The notes under the pieces are model-generated. The model did not search any database. It was not told the DNA's origin and saw only the letters and a list, made by a program, of their open reading frames with translations. Of a stretch of 64,000 nucleotides of DNA, positions 59,901-64,000 are shown piece by piece; positions within the stretch are counted from its first letter, which is position 1, and every line of letters begins with the position of its first letter. The stretch comes from Takakia lepidozioides. Its lineage: Eukaryota; Plantae; Bryophyta. Where the stretch lies: NCBI GenBank assembly GCA_030704615.1, contig CM060734.1, forward strand, positions 35,278,001 through 35,342,000, written 5' to 3'. A program made the position numbers and the translations under genes.

Positions 59901-61806
59901 ATAAGATTGAATCGTCCTCGTGGGGATCTGGTGAAACAAGCAAACATGCATGAGAAGATGAAATGGTACATCATAAAGTCCGCAGAAAGCTCAAAGAGCT
60001 TATGGGACAAATGGGAAACAAGAATGAAGAATGAGACAAAACCAGTTAAAGAGAGAGCCAAAAGCAGCCCAAAAGCAGCCACTGTTCAAGGGATTGCCCA
60101 AGGGTTGAGGCCTCATGCAGATAAGCTGCCAAGCATTTCTGATCCTCATGATGGAAGACTCTGAGAGATTGGGTTCCATGGAATAGACAGTCGAACCTCC
60201 AACGGATCTCATTGTAGATAGGGCAATGAAAGGAAGAAGTGTTCTTCAGTTTCGATTTTCTGGTTGCTCCGGATGCATGTTGGGCATAAGTGGTCCTCCC
60301 GTTGCAGGTTTCCCCCTCCACCCCTAGATTGTGAGAGAAAGTTGTCGCTGCAAACAGGCACAAGGATGGTAAGATACAATCTGATACAATCACCACTGTA
60401 AGACGAGATGTCTGCAGGTTATGAGGTTAGGTATCTTACTCATGGTTACCAGATTATAAGATTGTAACATAAGTATCAGCCTCAGCTTACAGTGGTGATT
60501 GCATCGAATTATGAGATGGTGTTTGCAAACATCAGATGTAAGATCATAAGACAATCACCAATGTAAGCGAAGACCTTAACTACTGTGGAAAAAGCGCTTC
60601 ATGACAATGAACGAATCTCAAGCTTCCCATAAGCTGTAGGATAACCTGATAGTACTTGCTTCAAGTCTCTGATATGTGCAAGACTTGTCCCATCATTAGG
60701 GAGTTCTTGTGTCTGCGTGCATTCCAGAGTTGCATTGCTGTTGTCCGTGTAGCTTGATGGCGAGGTTGGTTTTGAATGGGGTTATGATTCTTCCCCACTT
60801 TTGATCTTGCAATGAGCAAGTCTTTTCTAGGAAATCAAGGGTGATGCAAAAGTATACTTTTGCCTTCTCAAAGGTACTGTTGTAGTAGCTCCTCATCAGC
60901 TCTTAGGAGCCGAGGAGCTGCGTGTATTGTCCGTTCCCTTCAAATGGAAACATCACAGTGGGCTTTCCACATGAAGCTGGCCAACAAGGATGAAACTTGA
61001 AGAGTGAGTGTTGACGAAAGAGATGAAATGAAACGATACTTTATTTGGCGCCATGTTTTCAAAAGCGCGGGAGCCATGGTCCCGCCACCTCGGTCTCTCC
61101 CCTCTGTCTTCACAACGTCACACTGGCAGTCGCTGCATCTGCACCTTCGTTGTTTGCCGAGTATTGCATGTCACATGTTAACTTGCAGACTCCTAAGACA
61201 GGGATTGTTGGTGTGTGTGACAAGGCATGTGCGAATGTAGGAAGAGCAAGAATTCACATTCCTGTAGCCCATAGTAAGGGCCCCCACGAAAAACCAAATC
61301 AAAACAGGAGTAGTGTGTCTCGGAATAGTGCAGTCGGTTAAATGGTTCCTTCTTGTGTATAGCTCTACTGCCTGCAGCATACGCACTGCTCACCGCATGT
61401 TGCCTCGCATCAGCCAAGGACCTTTAATCGCTACTATTCTTGCACTGCGTGATCTGTGCTGAGTGAAAATTGAGAATGCTAGGTGACAATCTTGCCATGG
61501 AACTCTTGTCTCAATTGTGTGATCTTGTCACTGATGGAGAGCTCTGGAGTGGTCGGCTTGTAACTCCTTCCCTTATGATGCAATTTCTCTCCCCCACTCC
61601 CCAAGCAGTTCATCGTCGCATATGACAAGATATCCCCAAAGAACAACATGGAGATTACTTCTGCGCTATAGAATGCAAGCAAGTGCACGTTTTGGGCGAT
61701 GCTCCCCCTAGCCCCTGCCATCGGCATTCAAGATTCGTCCTCCTTGCTGGCCCTCATGTTCCATCTTGTGCGCTCAAGTTGAGCAGGATACGAAGGGAGA
61801 GATAAC

Positions 61807-64000
61807 ATGGAAGCTAAGCAATTGAAGTGGGACTATGTGTGTGAGGAGCTGGAGAGGATTAGTAGGGCGACAAACAAACAACGGCGCCCCCTTCTATGCA
61901 GGCTGCTTGACGCAGCGCGCATAGCAGGGGATGTGTATGCCGTAGTGCGCATCCTACTGCCGAAGGTATGTTCGCCCCCTTCTCTTTGCTTGTCGGCTTT
62001 GTGAGTTGGTAGCAGCTTCCACATTCCAAAAGGGTCATGTTTCACGTGTTTGGAAGATAATTGCTCACTTGGCCACCTCGTGGTCGACTAGCATGGGTGG
62101 CTGACGCAGTAGGGCGATGGACTTCATGACGAATTCCACAAATTGGAAACACAAATATCCAAATATTGTCCAACAGGGTGAAAGCCATCTTCATGGAGGC
62201 AGCTGCTGCTGTCGAGCAGCTAGCACAGTGTATTTATAGATGAAGACGTAACTTTCATGGTATTTAGAAGCATACTAGTGTAGATCGAAGCGGAAACGAT
62301 GTACACATGAAATTAGCTGCATTAGCTCTGTGTGCGAATGCTGGGCTCCTGCTTCGTGAAGGGTGTGTGCTTCATGTGGCTGACAATGTGGGTGGCAGAG
62401 GGACAGGGGTCGGCAGTACCAGCTGAAGGAAGTGGCGTTGGCACTGTGCCTGGTGAACGCACTGGCTCTGGCTCCCACGTCTAATGACGGGAGGCGCCTA
62501 CTGGCCTGGAAAACTAGCGCAGGTTCTGCCTGTGGTGATCTCTCACTTCTGGCCTACGAGGTGTTCTCGCCTGTCACCTACCCTGCGTTGATCTTTGGCT
62601 CCGTACAGCTATTAGTTTGCCGTGTCTCTAGTGCTATCTTCATGTTCATCCTCATTTACCACTGAATGTGGCCAAACTTTCAAGCAGGAAAGTTGATAAT
62701 GGAAATCCTGGATTAATGAATGCAACAACCAAGCTTTAAGAAGTAAATGAAACTGTCACTGTTCAATTGGTATGGAATGCATAAGAAATGTCTCTTGACC
62801 TATAAGAAGCACCTTCTCTCTCTCTCTGAGCTTTCCGCGGACGGTATAAAGCACCATTTCACTATGAGGATAAAAAATGCTTGGCAGCCTACCTACACGA
62901 GGCCTTCACCCTTAGACAATCGCTAGAACATTAATTGTGGTTTCTGGATTTGTTCCTCTCTCATGTTTTCTTCCATTTTGTCCCATAAGCTCTACGAGCT
63001 TTCCGCGGACGTTATAAAGCACCATTTCCATTTCCATTTCTCTACCAGAGATCCTAGTATGCTATTCTTCTCTCTCATGGGCCAGGCCTCCAGTGAACCC
63101 CATGGATGTCTCTTTCTTTCATTTCATTTCATTTCCTTATAAAGTACCATTTCATTTCATTTCTTTCCTTCGGGCTGCTTCCGGCTCCACTCTTTCTATC
63201 CTTTCTGTTTCTTGCTTTCCTTTTGTCCCATAAGCTCTTTGAGCTTTCTGCGGACATTATAAAGTTCCATTTCATTTCATTTCATCCTTCCTCCATCCCA
63301 CATTTGGTCTCTGTACTTCTGTTGTTGAATTGTCCTTCTTTGAACATTAACATGTGGATAATATCAATTGTTCAATTGTTCAGTCAATTGTTAATCTTCT
63401 TTTTTTGTGTGCATATGTGGGTAATGTTGCCTGTATGTGTGAAGCAAGGTTGGGGCTGAAGTCAGGGTCGGATGGGAGCAGGTTGTAAGTGCAAGGCAGC
63501 AACTGCAAACAGGGGAATTAAGCGTTCCTCAGCTCCATGTCCTTCTTGACCGTCTTTCGGCCTCCACTACCAGGTATGTTCTTTACTCTCTTCTCCATCG
63601 TTCCTGGGTAAGCCTTCTTGTCTTTAGCCGGTTCAGCTCATGTGTCCTCAATTGAAATGCAGGGGGAAACTGAGGTCCTAACCTAACGTTTGTGGGTGAT
63701 GGTGGCCAGAGAAGGGAAGGCAATGGTGCTTAGGGAACTGATTAAGCAGACCACTGCCCAAGAAATAAAGTGGATTGTGCGCATCATCTTACAAGGTTTC
63801 CAGTCTACTCTATTGTTGGTCGTTTGCCTGGAACTGCTTCTCTCCTATTCCTCATTGAGTTTTTGTTCATTTTGATGGGCAGACCTTCCTACTAGGAGTA
63901 GACTATGGCAATGTAAAGATGGAGAGAGAACATTGACTGTACTGATGGATGTCTGATTCACAGACATGAGGATAGGCGTAGGAGAGAAGACCATGTTGGA
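61807..64000 (+). CDS. LIG4: DNA ligase IV-like, N-terminal DNA-binding domain, 5' part; exons 61807-61965, 62399-62560, 63482-63573, 63710-63795, 63964->64000
   Basis: VRILLP.RDR.R.Y.LKE..LA.CL..AL, RLLAWK, GDLSL.A.EV, LLDRL, LIKQTTAQEIKWIVRIIL.DMRIG. Confidence 0.8.
62795..63290. repeat. Three copies of a short dispersed repeat in an intron; inverted copy at ~59960-60030
   Basis: CCCATAAGCTC...GAGCTTTC(C/T)GCGGAC...ATAAAG recurs. Confidence 0.7.

Noticed and set aside
61807-64000. Functional link between LIG4 (which forms 2-LTR circles) and the permuted retroelement
   Set aside because: 29 kb apart; proximity in a eukaryotic genome carries no evidence

Overview
Eukaryotic land-plant genomic DNA, probably a non-seed plant (inference), rich in transposons. 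Host genes: three intact 5-exon pectin methylesterases plus a PME pseudogene; a PLS-E PPR gene that appears to have spliced upstream exons carrying an OSB-type PDF-like motif, and a decayed E+/DYW tail; and the 5' part of a DNA ligase IV-like gene. The standout is a ~12-kb Ty3/gypsy retrotransposon (20625-32613, minus strand). Its Pol carries a DNMT3-like C5 cytosine methyltransferase between protease and RT, and a PHD finger after the integrase. It has a putative self-priming PBS and captured host fragments (RPL8, LUC7). Its terminal repeats are split and circularly permuted (A-internal-B-gc-A-B): the element ends are the two halves of an LTR-internal palindrome, GACA|GC|TGTC, flanked by a 4-bp TSD, as expected if a 2-LTR circle was opened at an internal site and integrated. 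Also present: an internally deleted chromovirus-like LTR element, hAT and Mutator-like MITEs, a SINE, a Harbinger transposase pseudogene, Helitron-like tandem units and non-LTR fragments. All calls were made by eye; no searches were run.
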